Positions 21,130-34,212 of a stretch of 64,000 nt of DNA are shown piece after piece. Each line of letters starts with the position of its first letter. Positions within the stretch are counted from its first letter, which is position 1. The notes below the pieces were generated by a model. The model was not told the DNA's origin. It was given only the letters and a program-made list of their open reading frames with translations, and made no database searches. Position numbers and translations under genes: made by a program. This DNA comes from Felis catus (lineage: Eukaryota): NCBI RefSeq assembly GCF_018350175.1, contig NC_058375.1, positions 189,906,001 to 189,970,000 of the forward strand, read 5' to 3'.

Positions 21130-23260
21130 GGGAGCAAAAATAGTAGCAGGATATCATGGGCTCACCTTTAGGGACCACCTACATTCAGGGGATAGGGAGA
21201 TGAGAAAACACTGCACAAAGAGGCAGAGAAGGTCCAAATCAATAAGAGAATAGAATAGCATCATGTAAGAGGGCTTGAGGATCTGAGCATATTTGAAAGG
21301 AGACAACCAAATCCTATTGGGAGATAATGTCAAAAACAAAAAGAAGGCTCTGAAATTTGTCTAGAAGGCTAACTTTAAAATGGAAGCCTCATAGGATGCA
21401 GTGGTCATTGAGAACAGGAGAATTCTGGGAGTTTAAAGGGGAGGACGCTTGGTCAGAGCTTTTTCGTTTCCTGGTGATAGTACCTGAACTTGAGCAAGCA
21501 TAGGCAATAGGGTGAATTCACTGGCTGACTTGTTCAAACCGTAGGTGGGGTCGTAGGTGTGGTAATTTCAGGAATTAATGTAACCAGGGACTGGAATATT
21601 ATGATAACTCTTTCCCCATTCCATCTCTGCTTCCCTGTGGGTTTTGGCTTCATTTTCTCCCACTGCTTCTTATACTTGGTACAGGAAGTTGTAGCTGATA
21701 GCTCTTATACCTTAGCTTTGCCACAAAAAAATTTTTTTCCTTAATTCCAATGTTAATAATCTCAAGGCAGGACTGGCCCATCGCTACTGTCAATGAAGCA
21801 GACTATGAGGAAGGCACAAGAGGACAAGACATTTTCCAAAAAAGAGAAGGTTACTGATTTCCAGAACATAGATGAAGAGTTACAGGACAGACAAAACAGT
21901 ATGTCCACTACAAGTAGTTAGGAAATACAAATGCTTTCAAGATTAAGCAAAAGAGGAATATGCCTAAAAGCAGAAAGGAATAGATGAAGTTGAGAAGGAA
22001 AAACGGATAATAATCAAGGAACTAGAGATGGAGAAAGGTGAGAATACCAAAGCTTTAGTCCTTTCTTGATTTCTCTAATCGCTCACTACTCTAATTTAGT
22101 GGTGCCATTAACTAATTCTTCTGCTTCACTGCTAGTCCAAAGTTTATCTTCCTGCCTTCTGATACATCCTTTAATTCAGACTTCTCTTTCTATAATGACT
22201 CTGCACGTCTAGGAGATGCTGACAGCCTTGGACTCTGCCTTCTCCTCAGGTTGGAACTGAGAGGGCTGGGCAACAGACAGCTAGGTCTCTTGAGACCAGC
22301 AAAGGGAGGAGTCAGAAGCGAAGATGGAGAACTCAACCTTTGCAAAGAAGGGAGAATGGGCATCTTTCCTGTAAACAAACTGACAGAAATTAAAAAAAAA
22401 AAACCTGGATATATTTCTACAAAGACAGATCTAGGGAAGAAGAGAGACAGGGTATTGTAAAGGAAAGGGTGAATGAGGGATTTTAGGGGGAATGGCCTCA
22501 ATCTCTTCGGAAAAGTAGAAGTCAAGGCCATCTACTGCTAGGAAGGATGGAAATGCATGAGGGTAACCAGTGTACTAGTTCTCTCGGGCTTCTGCAACAA
22601 ATCTAGGCAGCTTAAAACAACATAAATCTATTCTCTCACAGTTCTGGAGGCTAGAAGTCTGAAATTAAAGTGTTGTTAGGGCCACATTTCCTCTGAAGGC
22701 TCTAGAGGAGAATCTATCCTCACCCTTTCCAGCTTTTGGTGGCTGTTGGCATTCCTAACTTGCTGCATTGTTCCAATCTCTGCCTCTGCCTATACACCAT
22801 GGCTTTTGGTGTATATGCCACATCTCACTCTGTCTCGTTCATCATTGGATTTAGGGACCATCCAGATCATCCAGGATGATCTCATCTCAAAATCCTTAAT
22901 TTAATGACACCCTTTCCCCAAATAAGGTAGCATTCACAGACTCAGGGATTAGAGGAGTATGTATCTTTTTTTTTTTTTTTTTTGGACCACCATGCAACCC
23001 ATTATAAGGGGAGAGAAAAATGGTCTGGATTAACTGACATAGAAAAGCAGGCTTGGAGCACGGAATAGAAGAATAAATGTGATTACTGAAAAGAGATGAT
23101 GGCCAAGTAGGAGTTGGACACATGAATTTTTCATAGGCCAAGACTGCATGATTTTCCAGCAGCTTTTGGCAGCCTGGAGGCAGGAGCTGAGCAGGCAGAC
23201 AGCAGAGGTAACTCAGAATGGGGTGTTTATAGGTGGACTTAACGGAGAGTTAAGGACATG
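21130..23260 (-). mobile_element. Fragmented L2 remnants (interrupted by an MLT1)
   Basis: Purine-rich segments resembling antisense L2; extent uncertain. Confidence 0.4.
22571..23005 (-). mobile_element. MLT1B/C MaLR LTR
   Basis: tgtactagtt...cttaaaacaacataaatctattctctcacagttctggaggctagaagtc...gatgatctcatctcaaaatccttaa. Confidence 0.85.
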
Positions 23261-25019
23261 AAAGATCTGCTTTTTCCCCCCTTCCAGCTGTGGAATATGA
23301 GAAATCTGATTATTGAAGCAAAATAATACATGCAATTCGTCTTATAAGTCCTAAAGCATTTAGCAAAATTAGGAGGTATAATTTTTATTTGTTCCCCTCA
23401 CTCTTCCCTATGCCTTTTCCTAATATCCCACATACAGTCTTACCGTCCAACTCTACATTTGTTCCTAGTCCTCCAAAGTAAATCCCCACAAAGTAAAACT
23501 TTACACAAAAGTCTCTATTTCAGTAAACCCAAACATCTTCTTTTCATGAATGATGCCTGCAACAAGCATAGACCTCAGTATAATAACCGGTGCTAAATAC
23601 TCCCAACCTCTCCTGGGTCTCCAAAACCCTAGTGGCAGAGTATCTGTCTGTATCACAAGGTTCTAGAAAATGTGTTAGAGGATTTTCATTTATTGTTGGG
23701 ACCAGAGATGGTTCAAAAACCAAGCCTCTGGGTCATATTTCCAGGGCAACGCTCAATAATTCCACCTCATCCTGGAAGGCTTGCTGGGGAAACGAAAAAG
23801 CACAGGTTACTTCACACGCTGCTAGATCTGTGATTTTTAAAGTTCATTTTTCCTCTTTATCTTTTTCTGTTTAAAAAAAAAAAAACAGCAGAGCTCTCTC
23901 CTCAAACAAAAATTTATATCAAACAGATAAAAGTGGAACTGCCATGGTTGAGGTGTGGGAGAAGAACTCAAAACCTCCCCAGCCTGCTTCCCCAGCACCC
24001 TAGTGATTTTTCCCATTTTTCCCTCCTGTGGTGCCTCCTGAGCACCGCTAAGAAATAATCTCTGAACAACTGCAATGGATAAGTATACAGTAGGCTTAAG
24101 AGTATAGAAGACAGAAACAGCCTTGTGGTCCAGAGAAATTCAAAGTCTTGTCTATGGAGAGTCTGACTTAGACTGGGCCTCCATAAATTAACTTTATTAC
24201 TCAAGTAGTGGAATCACCAAATATTTACATTGTGAGAGACTTTAGTTAACATCCAGTCCAATTCTGGCCTTTTCGGTCAGTTCTGGGAATATTTAGCAAT
24301 ATCTAACTCAAGTTCAACTGCTCCTTTCAACAGGAACACATAACTTCTTTCTTTCTTCTCTCTGTGAACCTTTGCAAGAACACCATTAAAAAGTATCTGA
24401 TACAGAAGTCTCCAGGATAAATGATTCTATTTTCATTAGTGATGACATCTTACCATTTTTAGAATGCTTGCGAGCCCAATTAAGGTCTCTGAAGAAAGGG
24501 TAAGTGTCAGGCCAGGCTCTATCTTATACTAATGGCCTCATCTTCATCTAGCTACTTTCTGAAGAACATTCTAATCTCCCTCCCCTCCTCCTTCTTCAAG
24601 ATTTTTTTTCTTTACCAAACTTTTTTCTTCTAATCTAAGGATATGTTTTTTTTTTTCTTTAAGCCTATTTATTTCTTAGCCATCTGACATGCCCAAGATA
24701 GCACAACCCTCGCAAGATCTGTTTTTACTGCGCTACGATTGGCAATTCTCCCTGCTTGAATAAACTTGCACACATTAAAAGTTTTAATAGAGGAGTGAGG
24801 ACTGCAAGTAGGTGTTAATAGGGCAGGCCTCCAAAATGAGCCAAGTACAAAGGTATTTGGCAGAAGAAAAATAGTTCACTAACTCGAAATTGCAGATAAA
24901 CAGCCAATGGAGTTAGATTCAAATGCCATTATTGGAGACAGGCATTCAGTAGAGTCCCTTAATACATATCAAGAAACTCTTATTCACTACCTCCTATGTG
25001 AATGAAATTGTGCCAAACT

Positions 25020-25760
25020 CACTTTTGGGGGGTGAGGTGGAGATGGGAATACAAAGATAAGTAAGACAATTTCTTTTTTTGTTTGTTTGTTTTTAAAAGA
25101 AATGACCGTGTAACTGGAAGGATTAATAAATGAACTATATGCAACATGAAGAAGTTATTTAAGGTGGATTTTGAAGAGTGAGAAACATCTTCTTCTGGAT
25201 GTGAAGAAGAACGGCTTATCAGTGTGTCAGTGAGAATGGAAAGAGTAGAAGGGGTTTGTATATATATTTTTTTAACGCCCTCAAGGAGTGAGGGAGAAAG
25301 ATAAATCAACGATAATGTCATGGTTTAAAGCATGGGTTAGTGAGAGAATAAAGTATCATTATCAGAAAAAGGTGACAAGGATAGCTATGGAATAATAAGT
25401 TTTGCTTTAGATGGAAAAAGTTTAGGTGTTAGGAGATCAACGTAGGTGCAGATACTGATAATTATGAAATTGAAAGAATGGGGTTCTCCCCAAGAGAGAA
25501 CTTAGCTCAAATCATCTCCATACAGTGACTCACAAGGAAGAAGATGAGATTCTCAAAAATAAAACAAAGCAAAACAAGCAAAAACAAGGATAGAAACAGA
25601 AAGGGAGGAGGGATAAAACACTGGGGGAAGAGAAAGTTTCGGAAGAAAACACAAAAATACCCAAAGTCTATGAAGAGGATGAAGACTGAGACATTGTTGG
25701 AACTAGCAATTCATAGGCTACTGGGGACTTTAATGAGAGTTGTTTCAAGAGATAGTGGGT
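25020..25760 (-). mobile_element. L2 remnant
   Basis: Antisense L2-like motifs (gaagactgagacattgttggaactagcaa...gactttaatgagagttgtttc). Confidence 0.5.
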
Positions 25761-26539
25761 TTTCCTTATCTCATTGCCCCTGTTTATTCATATATCTGTT
25801 ACCTTATAACTTGAGTTTCCAATGACTTTGGCTTCATCTCAGGGCTTCTCTCTATTCAACTTTTTCAGTTTTCTGTACTGAGCACTTCCATTTACAAAGT
25901 GCTACCTTTGTAAAATGTTATTCTAAGAGGGTTCAGAGACAGAAGGGTATGTGTAAACATACTCTATGAAGGCACATACTTCACAGCTTTATTTTATGCA
26001 AATGCATCGATGAAAAAGTGTAGGATGACAATATCTAAACAATGCCCCATAACAAATTGTCACAGCTCAGGGTGCCTAAGAAAACAATCAAATCTATCAA
26101 CTTCTTTGGTTCTATACCTTTAACAACACATCTACCACTTTTGCAGGTGAGCAACAACTATTATTAGCTTGAGGGCCAAAACATTTGCCTCTCCAAGTGT
26201 CATTGTTACTACAGAAATTGAAATTAGGTCATAAGGCCCCATGTCCCTTCCTCTGGACTTGGTGCCCTGGAGGTGGTGTTAGAAGCAGGAGGAAATCCCA
26301 GGCCCACAGAGAATGAATCGGTCCAGTTCAAACACAGTAGGTCTTCTGAGACCCACAGTAGCAATGAGAAAATGATGTCGTCGAGGTCATACCACTGCAT
26401 ATGGGCAGTAGCTGGACAAAAATTCTTACCTCTTTAGTCTCAGCCCAGTAAGTACTCTTCCCAGTGCTGAATAAGTAAGGTGATATTAGAAGATGGAACA
26501 AGAAGAGTGGAAGGAAAGAAATATTTGAACTTCTGATCC

Positions 26540-27365
26540 ACCCCGTTTTCTTCATTCGTCACCACTCTCCACCTAATTATTTAAGCCGGAAACATTTCCC
26601 CTTTTCTCCGCCCATCCACCAACAATATGCAATAAATCACTAAGCTCTGTCAGTCGACCTCCAAAATATGTCTGGAATACATTCTCTTTTCTGTCTTCAC
26701 TGTCGCCACCTTACCCCAAGCCACTATTATCTCTCGCTTAGACTACTGCAAGTGGTCTCCCTGTTTCAGCACTAGCCTACCTACAGTCCGTACTTAACAG
26801 ATGGGCCAGAGTAGTATTTTTAAACAAAAATTAGATCTCATTTTCCCCCTATGTCAAATTCTTCACTGGCTTCTAGTTTCATTTAGAATGAAATCTAAAT
26901 ACCGTACTCAGGCTCTGCATGATCTTGGCAACTCCACCAAGATCACTCACTCTCCCCCTCATTGACAACTCCAGGCACACCAGCCTTCTGACAATTCCTA
27001 GGATGTGCCAAGCTCATCCTGCCTCGCGACCATCACGCAGGCTCTTCCATCTGCCTGGATTGCCCTTCCCCGGGTCCTTGCCTATCTGGCTCCTTTTCAA
27101 CCTTCAAATCTCCTCCTCATGGGAGGCCGCTCCATGACAACCCAATTTAAGTAGCCACCTACTTCCCCCAACCCCAGTTATTCTCTATTACATCACTCTG
27201 CTTCTTTCTTTCCTAGAGATTATCACAACATGTACATATTTTAAATGTATACAGTTATTTATTATCTCTTCCTCATTGCAATATGATCTCCATGAAAGCA
27301 GGCATCTCACTTGTATTTTTGTGACTGTAGCCTCAGGGCAAAGCCCAATGCTTGGCATACAGCTC
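26540..27365 (+). mobile_element. L2a 3' region
   Basis: cctccaaaatatgtctggaat...ttagactactgcaa...ctccaggcacaccagcc...ctccatgaaagcagg...cttggcatacagctca. Confidence 0.8.
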
Positions 27366-27545
27366 ATCCTGTCAGTTGTACCTCCAAAATACATCTCAAA
27401 TGTGTACTCTCTTCCCTGTCCCCACTGTCCCTGTTCTGGTCCAAGCTACCATTATCTTTTCCTTGGACTAAGGCAATAACCTCCCAGTTGGTCTTCTTGC
27501 TTCAACTCTAGCCCAGCACTCAAATATTTATGATGAGATAAATAA
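27366..27545 (+). mobile_element. Second L2 fragment
   Basis: Same L2 segment as near 26650 (acctccaaaatacatctc...ggtccaagctaccattatc). Confidence 0.65.
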
Positions 27546-28742
27546 GCATATCATTGTGGGAATAATAATAATATCTAAAAGAAATGGAAATCTGAACCTG
27601 GACGGAAATCACTTGTGTTTGTTTTTCTTTTTTCCCCAAAGCCCTGAAAGAACATCAGACAATTCTCACCAGGTTTAGATACTTGAGTGATAGAATATGA
27701 GCCACATCACTCAAGCTCGGGCACAGCCCAGCTAAAGAGCAGCACGGAGAACAGAGAGCATTCAATTTTTCTATCTACGAGCTACTATTCTTGTCACATA
27801 CATGGAGCTTCTAGGCTCCAAAGGATGATGCAAAAGGAAAAAACTCAACCACAAACACCCGCAAAAGTAATACTAACTTAAAAAGGCCTCCACAATGTCA
27901 ACCTGACCCTGACCACATCAGAAAGATCTAATCTGGAGGCTTTTCTCTAATACCTATACCTATGAGGTTGGGGGTGTTGTAGATCCCAGAAAGAAAATAG
28001 GAGCACTGTTAATTAAAGAGATCGCGCAAAAGCTTTCATTACACCTTTGAACTGAGTACTAAGAGGATTGTAGTTTCCCATTCCACTTCCCCATTGTCAG
28101 ACCCAGAAATGGTTTCTTAGCTAAGCGGTGACAGAGTGGAACAAAAGCAGTGTGCAATCCCTCATGCCAGGATGCCACTTTAATCATGCCAGGCCTATCG
28201 TACAGTCTTAACTTGAATCCCACTGAATTCAAGACACCCCAGGAACCATCCATAATACACTGTCACGCCAAAAGTGCAAATGTGCGTACATATGGACTGT
28301 GGCAGCTGGTTGTGTTGGAGGCCGTGGATGCTTGAAGAGGGTGCAGCTAGGGCAACAAACACCCTCTCCTTGCTTCATCGGAAGTGACTTGGAGGAAAAA
28401 TCATCCTGAGGTGACAGAAATAATTATGTAACTTTGTCTAGAACTGACAAAAAATACATTTGAGTGGCACAAAGCAATTACGAGTGCCCTCCTCCGAGCC
28501 GGCACCAGGCAGTTGATTGCCCCAGGTTAAAAATTCAACAGAGAGCACAGTGACTATTAGCATCATCTTGTTAGCACACTCTCTTCTCCATTCCTCACCA
28601 CCTCCCAAGTTAATTCAGCACGGTTCTGTGGTGCAGCCCCCTGACGTCCTGAGGTGGTATTCTAGATATCACCAGTTAGTTTCGTTGTGGCTGTCTCCCC
28701 ATCCCCCACATAGCTTTGTGGGCTGGCCTTGACCTGAAATCC

Positions 28743-28882
28743 NNNNNNNNNNNNNNNNNNNNNNNNNNNNNNNNNNNNNNNNNNNNNNNNNNNNNNNNNN
28801 NNNNNNNNNNNNNNNNNNNNNNNNNNNNNNNNNNNNNNNNNNNNNNNNNNNNNNNNNNNNNNNNNNNNNNNNNNNNNNNNNN
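28743..28882. other. Assembly gap
   Basis: 140 N. Confidence 1.
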
Positions 28883-29319
28883 TAACTCACAAAACGCTGG
28901 CTATCGTCTGAGGCAGAGATTCAAGCTGGTTATGCATAAAGGGGCAAACTCCTGCATTCGCTGTATCTCCTAATGAGGCTCCATTTGGTTCTCACATGCT
29001 GGGGTTTTCTGCCTCAGAATCTACATCACAAAACATACCAGTTTGCTCTCTTTCTTGCCTCCCCCGAGTATCATAATTTGACACAATGATGAAAAATATG
29101 GAGATGCCATTGCGATTTTGATTCTCCACCATTTCTCAATGTTACAGAAGTTTCAGGAAGGCTCACTCAGCTCACAGCCCGGCAAAAATGTACCTGCTGA
29201 ACCAGGAACCCTGCATGCTTCACGGGGAGTCTATGCCACGCACCTAAATCCCCCAAAGCATTTCTTGAACACCGCTGACTTGACATCAGTGGCCCTCTCT
29301 TTGCCACTCGTAGTATGGT

Positions 29320-29560
29320 GGTTATTTTCTGTTAATCACCTCCCTTCATTCATTCTCCACCACTCTCTGTCTTCCCTTGTACCCAAGCAGTGTGGCCCCT
29401 TGTGGATGGCATCACCCAGGCTCCTTGCCAAGGAGAAGCCCCGCAGGAGGTCATTGGTGGGGAGAGAGTGGGGTCAGAGTAGTTTTTCCTTCACTCTTCA
29501 ACTTCAGTGTTTGGCCTCCTGGAGTAGTTATGTTCCTCCAGAATTAAAAATACACACCAG
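29320..29560. mobile_element. ERVL-class LTR fragment (LTR16 group)
   Basis: ggatggcatcacccaggctccttgcc...ggaggtcattggtggggagagagtgggg. Confidence 0.45.
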
Positions 29561-29569
29561 GAAATCCCT

Positions 29570-30640
29570 CCTCCTAGGCTCCAGCTCTTGCTTACTTCAT
29601 GTACTAACATTTCCTCTACTAACCTTTAGTACTTGATTTGCCAATATGCCTCACCATCCTTTAATTGTCCCTTAATTCTGTCCATACCCATGCAAAGCAT
29701 CCCTCCAATTAGGGCTCTTCCCTTGAACCTGTGTGCAAATTCTGTTTCCCCCTGGATGCAGGTAGAACCACCTGTCTGGGCTGAGAGTCCTGCCCCCAGA
29801 ATTCTGGTTTTAGTATTAAGAGAATTTTGCTTCAAGTCCCCCTTGTTACTGGTCTGGTCTGTTCTTGGGTCTTTGCCGCTAGTAAGTCACTCAGCATCCC
29901 TCTGAGATCATGCGATCATTCAGCTGATCGCTGATCAGCTGATCATTCTGATGAATGATCATGCTGATCATTCATCATGCTGATCAGATCAGCATCCCTC
30001 TGAGATCATGCGGTGGCCCCATTCTGTTAACTAGTTGCCTGTCTTGTGAACTTTGGCCTTGTTCCTGAATGGGGCACCTTGCCTGGTACCCGAGACCTTC
30101 TAGAGCTTGAAACTTGCTTTCATCGTGATAACTTCCCCCGTCCCAAGCCCTGGCGTCTGAATTCCCACTGAAAACTTTCCTTCTCAGTATGTTCACCTAG
30201 TTACCTAAATAGTACCTGCTTTTGGTTTCCTTTCTGCTTTATTACCATTGACTCTGTATCCATGAAGACAATGGCTTGCCGGTTCAACCAGGATGACCAC
30301 CCGTTGCTTTTGCGATATTCTCCAGATGGCATTTATTACCTGTTTCCCTGGACTTGCCACCCCAGATCCACTGCCTAGGATCAGAATTCTCCTCTCATGT
30401 GCAATCTTCCTAATGTTTTTGTGTACATCTCTAAAGACAGCTGCCTGCCAGGACAACCACTGATGTCCTCCCATATAATTTTTAGATACTGTGTCCAAGC
30501 TGCTGTTCGACCGATTAATGACAGCTCCCCACAACCTAACTGACCAATAGCCACCTACTTCACTGAACCCACATCTGAATACCAACCAGTCATTGGCAGT
30601 CCCGAACTTTTGAGGGTCCACCAGTTTGTAGTAGAGTCAT
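29570..30640 (-). mobile_element. Degraded ERVL-class internal (gag-like) remnant
   Basis: Adjacent to an ERVL LTR fragment; the minus strand reads ttg aac cgg caa (LNRQ), as in recalled ERVL gag; weak similarity only. Confidence 0.4.
29891..30012. repeat. Exact 24-bp direct duplication enclosing a 74-bp scrambled filler
   Basis: tcagcatccctctgagatcatgcg at 29891-29914 and 29989-30012; 8 GATC sites in 29914-29990. Confidence 0.95.
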
Positions 30641-30929
30641 TCCAGTGACAATTCTAAAACAGCCAGTCAACAAGCCTTCCTTCTTCAAAACGTACTTTTA
30701 AATTTGGTGTCAACCAGCTGCTACCTCTGTCACCAACATAATCCCAGAACAATCCCTGACCCCAAACCCCACTAAGATCAGCAGGCTACTTGGCTCAGAG
30801 GGATTATGGCTAACTAGTATACTCTTTCTTATTTAAGTAATGAATTCAGTGGTTTTGTTTCAGTTATTGAATGCTGATACCTTCCCTCCACAATATAAAA
30901 TAGCACCTTTTGGCAACCTAAGAGTAGAA

Positions 30930-31190
30930 GTAGTCTTCCTTAGCTTCATAAAAGAAACGTGCTAGATCTATAGCAAGTATCACAATGAATGGTGACACAG
31001 TACTGGCATCTCCATTAAAGGCAGAAACCAGGTTGCCTGCCTTCACTGCTATTGTTTCAGTGTGAAAGGTAAGACCAGGGCAGTAAAATAAGACAAAGAA
31101 ATAAGGAACAAATATTGGAATTGTCATGATTTGCCAGGAAATGATTGTTGACCAAGAAAATCCCAACTACTCAACTTACTGTTTGGGTTC
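30930..31190 (+). mobile_element. Old L1 ORF2 (RT region) fragment
   Basis: aatgaatggtgacacagtactggcatctccattaaaggcagaaacc...cagtaaaataagacaaagaaataaggaac...tttgccaggaaatgattgttgaccaagaaaatccc. Confidence 0.75.
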
Positions 31191-31254
31191 AACAGTTTAG
31201 AACCTAAAAGAAACTTAGTAAGGTGGTCGGATACGAACTCAACACAATACTATC

Positions 31255-31500
31255 AGTGCTAATGGTAATTGTTAATCTTTATTAAGTGCTCATAATGTGG
31301 TGGACCCTATTCTAAGTGCTTTGCAGGTTTCATTTAATCCAATACTCACAATAACCCTTGAAGTAAGTACTATTATGGTCCCTATTGAAGATGTAAGTTA
31401 CAGTAAGATTGAGTAAATTGCCAAGAACAGCGAACTTATATACGTTAAGTCCAAGATTCGCACCCAAGCAAATCAATATTAGAAATCATGCTTTAAACCA
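31255..31500 (-). mobile_element. MIR
   Basis: ttattaagtgctcataatgtgg...tattctaagtgcttt...aacccttgaagtaagtactattatggtccc. Confidence 0.7.
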
Positions 31501-31859
31501 CTGTTACAGAGGTCTCCAAGAGTTTTATTCACAGATCCACGAGTAAAAGAAAAATTGAGCACACATCCACACTATATGCATAATTTTTTATTTTTAAATT
31601 ATATACACATGATAAAACAAATAAATGTTTAAAGGAAAAGATAAAAATGAACCGAACAGTATTTTCAGATACATTTTATTTTACTAGTGGCCCAAGATAT
31701 CCCTTAGCCTTCTCTGAATTAGTACACGTATGGTGACAGAACATGTCTTTTGATTTTTTAAATGCATAGCGTTGATACTTAAAACATGGTTTAAAAATAA
31801 TAGAATACTCATTTGTTACTGATATCATTTAAGAATTTTTTTTTTTTCAACCCAACCTT

Positions 31860-32350
31860 CAGTTGATTCCCGTTACTCTTCAGGCAAAGCAGACATTCTT
31901 GCATGACCTGGCCCTGATTGCCTTTAGTCTCAACTGACACTTTCAACCTCTTTCTCTGCTTTTCATTGACAGTGGCCTGCTGTTCCTTCAACAAATGATT
32001 CCTCCACCTCCTCCCAGTTTTAAGGACTTCACACACTCTTCCCTCTGGAAACTTTTCCCCCCAACGCCACACTTGCCCCAGCTCTTCCTTATCCCTCAGA
32101 CGCATCGCGTCTCCAGAAAAGCCTTCCCAGGCCCGCCAGCAGGGATCAGACCCTGTTATGGTTCCCTTCACTTATCACAGATTATAATTATACTCTATGT
32201 GATAAATATGTGTCTTTCCCATAAAATACTAAGTTCCACCGGGCAAGAACCATCTGTTTTGTTCACCATTGTGTCTTCAGACTCTAGCACAATGCTTGAG
32301 CATATGGTAGGTTTTCAATAAATACTTGATGAGTTCATGGCTGATTGAAT
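31860..32350 (+). mobile_element. L2 3' end
   Basis: catgacctggccctg...ttgttcaccattgtgtc...tcaataaatacttgatgagt. Confidence 0.75.
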
Positions 32351-32682
32351 TCATTCCTATTTGTGATGTCAGCCTGGACACAGGAGGATTAACAGAACAT
32401 TCCTAAGTTAGCTCCCTTCCCAGGATACTTGTGGAGGCGTTTGAAGATTCCCACACACTCCTGGATGTTGGCTAGCCACTGCGCACTTCCCACATTGGTT
32501 ACCTTCTACTCGCCATGTCATGGATTGAGGTAGCAAGACAACTTTGGCAGCTTGGGTCTTAAATTGCATAAGGGAAGCACTGGTAAAGGATTCATCAATG
32601 TATGAGCGTGTTACCTGCCGTGTCAAAAGAAACTGAACTTGCTAAATATATAAATATACTGTCTTGGTGATAAACCATATTT

Positions 32683-32686
<4 letters not shown>

Positions 32687-32732
<46 letters not shown>
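32687..32732. repeat. (TA)23 microsatellite
   Basis: Directly visible, followed by poly-T. Confidence 0.95.
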
Positions 32733-32735
<3 letters not shown>

Positions 32736-32764
32736 TTTTTTTTTTTTTTGCTCATTTGGTGCTG

Positions 32765-33110
32765 AGTTTGCTTTCCCCTTAAAGCAGTGCCCAACACAAG
32801 GACTTGGATGAAGGTAGTCTATTTAGGAGATAATGACAGAAGTAGGAGCAAAGGAGCAGGGGGACTGAGACAGGCAAGGACAAGCCAACATTATCAAGGT
32901 TGCCACTGGAGGCAACGGGGGTTCCGATTGGCTAGGAGTTCTGGAAAGTGTAAAGTATGCCTCCTCGAAATGTCTGTCAAAGGACAGAGACAGGGCATTT
33001 CTCTGCAGGCTTGTGCCCCACCCTTGGTTCAGAGTAACCCCATGGGCATGAACTCTCCTGTGCTTCCAGCCCGCACAACTTGAGACATCAGGCTGAGTGC
33101 CACCCACAGA
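32765..33110 (-). mobile_element. ERVL-class LTR (LTR16 group)
   Basis: caaggacttggatgaaggtagtctatttaggag...gagacaggcaaggacaagccaa...ggttgccactggaggcaacgggggtt. Confidence 0.55.
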
Positions 33111-34050
33111 CGTTCAACGTGATGGTAATGGAGTAGCAGTGAACAAGCGGCTCTGATTTGTAATTGTACCCGCCACCAGGAAGGAAACTTCTAGGGCAGC
33201 ACATTTCATACAATAATCAGGAATTCAGAATAGGAAACGCAGACACTAGATGAAGACACTCTTTGTCTGTGATGATGATCATGGCTTTGCTCAAATTGAC
33301 AATTTAAGTTGGCAATGCAGATAACTACAGAGCAGGCTGCCCAGAGTTTCTTACTGAGACGCGTTGATTTTGGTTCTCCCATGAGCCTCTTGACTTCTTC
33401 TTCCTCCTTTATCAGGGGGAGTGACAAGTTGCAGGCACCCCAGTGAATAAGGTCAAGAGGAATGAAGAGAGGCTATTTCTTGCCCAAGTTTTGTAGTCTT
33501 CGTGTGCAACTGCACGCTGTTGGATGACAGACACCATCAAGGAGAAGTGTGAGTGCAGAGCCAGGCTTTAAGAATTACCCACCTTGTAATGTGGTTAAAG
33601 GTGCTGTGGCTCTGACCTGCCGCTCTGTCTTCTCTGCCTCCCTTACTCTCCCCACACCCCTCAGGCTCCTTCTCAGCCTGACTGCAAAGGCAGCGGAACA
33701 ATCAAACTCTCAGTCAGAAGGGCCTGCAGATGACACTCTGGGTCCTTCCTTTTCAGCCCAGGGTGGGGCTGGCCACCACCCTCACCCCTATCTCCTACCT
33801 CGCCTCCCCAGAGAACCTCTATAGGACCTCTGCAGGTCCCAAGGGACCATGAATCCTTCAAACAACAGCCTACAACCTCTTTGTGTTTGCAAACACTTCC
33901 AGAGACGTCTCTCTGGGTCTCTTGTGCTACTCATTTGACAAGTATTAAAAATCACAAACCCATCCCTTTCCCTCAGGTGATTAATGTACTTTGGTCTTTC
34001 TGCAAAGCACAGAGTGCTCTTCCTTCAGGCACAACATTTGATAAAGAAAT

Positions 34051-34212
34051 NNNNNNNNNNNNNNNNNNNNNNNNNNNNNNNNNNNNNNNNNNNNNNNNNN
34101 NNNNNNNNNNNNNNNNNNNNNNNNNNNNNNNNNNNNNNNNNNNNNNNNNNNNNNNNNNNNNNNNNNNNNNNNNNNNNNNNNNNNNNNNNNNNNNNNNNNN
34201 NNNNNNNNNNNN
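34051..34212. other. Assembly gap
   Basis: 162 N. Confidence 1.

Noticed and set aside
26640-27480. Apparent local duplication (cctccaaaata...)
   Set aside because: Two independent L2 fragments covering the same consensus segment.
29914-29990. GATC cluster as Hi-C or Sau3AI ligation junctions
   Set aside because: There is no GATCGATC junction, and the pieces copy the immediate flanks. An artefact is less likely but not excluded without reads.
13590-30012. Short repeat-spacer-repeat structures (13.6 kb, 29.9 kb) as CRISPR-like arrays
   Set aside because: Only 2-3 copies, spacers derived from the repeats themselves, in a mammalian context with no cas genes.
30205-30621. 138-aa ORF in the ERVL-like remnant as a domesticated gag
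   Set aside because: The only gag-like hint (LNRQ) is in a different frame, and the region is heavily degraded.
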